NCBI GenBank assembly: GCA_017428765.1
Contig: JAFRQF010000018.1
Coordinates: 55,840-119,839 of the forward strand
Direction: 5' to 3'
From: Erysipelotrichaceae bacterium
GTDB taxonomy: Bacteria > Bacillota_I > Bacilli_A > Erysipelotrichales > Erysipelotrichaceae
Length of the DNA stretch: 64,000 bases
Below are positions 62,850 through 64,000 of the stretch, piece by piece (the first letter of the stretch is position 1; each line of letters begins with the position of its first letter). The notes below the pieces were generated by a model. That model was not told the DNA's origin and made no database searches. It saw only the letters and a list, made by a program, of their open reading frames with translations. Both the position numbers and the translations under genes were made by a program.

Positions 62850-63818
62850 ATGGAAAGAAAATATGATGTCATCGCCTTAGGCGAATTACTGATCGATTTC
62901 ACCGACAACGGCTTAAGCGGCCAGGGCAATCCGCTCTTGGAAGCCAATCCGGGCGGTGCGCCTTGCAACGTCTTATCGATGCTGGCTAAGCTTTCAAAAA
63001 AGACCGCCTTCATCGGCAAGGTCGGCAAGGACATGTTCGGCAAGCAGTTGAGAGAAACGATCAAAGATGTCGGCATCGATGATACGTATCTTCTTGACGA
63101 CGAAAAAGTCCACACGACTCTGGCTTTCGTCAAGACCTACGAAAACGGCGACCGCGATTTCTCGTTCTATCGCAATCCGGGTGCCGATATGATGCTCAAG
63201 GAAGAAGAACTTCCGCTTGAAGCACTTCAAGACTGCAAGGTCTTTCACTTCGGCACGCTTTCCATGACACATGAAGATGTCAGAAAGGCAACAAAAAAGG
63301 CAGTCGAGACCGCAAAGAATGCAGGCGCTCTGATCTCGTTCGATCCGAACCTGCGTCCGCCGCTCTGGGATGATCTTGAAGAAGCGAAGAAACAGATCGA
63401 CTGGGGCCTTTCCAACAGCGACATCGTCAAGATCGCCGACAACGAATTACAGTTCATGTGCGGCGAGGAAGATCTTGAAAAGTGCGCACAGCTGCTCAAA
63501 GAGAAATATCCAAACATCAAGGTCTTAAACGCGACCTACGGTGCGGAAGGCAGCTGCAGCTACTACAAAGACTTACGCGTCTTTGTTCCTGCCTTCAAAC
63601 TCGGCGGAACGATCGAAACAACGGGTGCTGGTGATACCTTCTGCGCATCCGCGATCAACTACGTGCTCGATCATCCGATCGATGATCTGAGCGAAAAAGA
63701 TCTCGAAAACATGCTGCGCTTCGCAAATGCGGCAGCTTACATCGTAACGACCAAAAAAGGTGCGATCCGCTCGATGCCGGATCCAGAAGATGTACAAGAG
63801 ATCTTAAACAGAAATTAG
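62850..63818 (+). CDS. PfkB family carbohydrate kinase (fructokinase-like)
   Basis: GELLIDF N-terminus and C-terminal TTGAGDTF motif. Confidence 0.85.
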   Translation: MERKYDVIALGELLIDFTDNGLSGQGNPLLEANPGGAPCNVLSMLAKLSKKTAFIGKVGKDMFGKQLRETIKDVGIDDTYLLDDEKVHTTLAFVKTYENGDRDFSFYRNPGADMMLKEEELPLEALQDCKVFHFGTLSMTHEDVRKATKKAVETAKNAGALISFDPNLRPPLWDDLEEAKKQIDWGLSNSDIVKIADNELQFMCGEEDLEKCAQLLKEKYPNIKVLNATYGAEGSCSYYKDLRVFVPAFKLGGTIETTGAGDTFCASAINYVLDHPIDDLSEKDLENMLRFANAAAYIVTTKKGAIRSMPDPEDVQEILNRN

Positions 63819-63968
63819 AATACAACTCAAAGCCACTCCACTTCTTGGCAAACCACTATGAAAGGAGAACGTCCCCGACTCGGACTGCGGCAGTGTGGAG
63901 ACCTGTCGTAAAACGCTAAGCGTGAGGCTGCAGCATGCGGAGGCACTGCATCCGGAGTCAAATCACAT

Positions 63969-64000
63969 ATGGCAAGCATTCAATTAAAGAACATCAAGAA
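63969..64000 (+). CDS. Start of a probable sugar ABC ATP-binding protein (MsmK/UgpC-like), truncated by the window end
   Basis: Only MASIQLKNIK is visible. It resembles the N-termini of MsmX/UgpC-type ATPases, and the context fits an ABC locus lacking an ATPase. Confidence 0.3.
   Translation, partial: MASIQLKNIK

Noticed and set aside
1-64000. CRISPR arrays, rRNA genes, IS elements/transposases, integrases, toxin-antitoxin pairs and retron/DGR-like reverse transcriptases.
   Set aside because: I looked for regularly spaced repeats in all intergenic regions and for DDE, tyrosine- or serine-recombinase and RT (YxDD) motifs in the ORF translations, and found none. The only repeats are the short regulatory-type motifs reported above.

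Overview
This 64-kb chromosomal window looks like a Gram-positive, Firmicutes-type gut anaerobe. That inference rests on gene content: an LTA synthase, MGDG-synthase-like glycosyltransferase, several PTS systems, cre-like boxes and LplABC/YesL-type sugar ABC systems. All functional calls come from motifs I recognise by eye. No homology search was possible.

Layout:
- 1-2.9 kb: the 3' end of an ABC exporter gene, a small double-glycine-leader peptide gene, and a membrane-anchored Ig-like/GH25 muramidase.
- About 2.9-14.75 kb: a visibly AT-rich island with no integrase, transposase or tRNA at its borders. It holds an 8-gene minus-strand operon and a divergent 1188-aa STAND NTPase. The operon encodes two paralogous secreted papain-fold (CHAP / NlpC-P60-like) proteins, a cytoplasmic DUF285/BspA-type LRR protein with a 7-Cys tail, two large proteins with no recognisable motif, an FtsK-gamma-like winged-helix membrane protein, a 4-TM protein and a small acidic helical protein. 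The STAND protein has an OmpR/SARP-like winged helix, an NB-ARC-like ATPase, TPR-like repeats and a C-terminal DUF218/YdcF-like domain. A tandem direct repeat sits over the -35 region of the operon promoter. I cannot match this gene set to any described system, and it is my top candidate for something new.
- 15.2-15.5 kb: a frameshifted, internally deleted ABC-exporter remnant that scars the island's right flank.
- 15.6-33 kb: ordinary housekeeping and metabolic genes, including an Ldh_2 dehydrogenase, malic enzyme, Fe-S aldo/keto reductase, Tyr phosphatase, tRNA-Pro(GGG), TatD, a SagB-type nitroreductase, a BaiN-like flavoprotein, an MGDG-synthase-like GT, LTA synthase, a NERD protein and an Fe-ADH.
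- 33-64 kb: four carbohydrate loci. These are a DeoR-controlled fructose-family PTS with aldolase, isomerase, dehydrogenase, racemase-like and DUF1537 kinase genes; an AraC-controlled PTS-EIIBC, beta-glucuronidase, uxuA and reductase locus; a treR/treP/treC trehalose locus; and a LacI-controlled ABC/GH32/fructokinase fructan locus.

No CRISPR array, rRNA or recognisable transposable element was seen.
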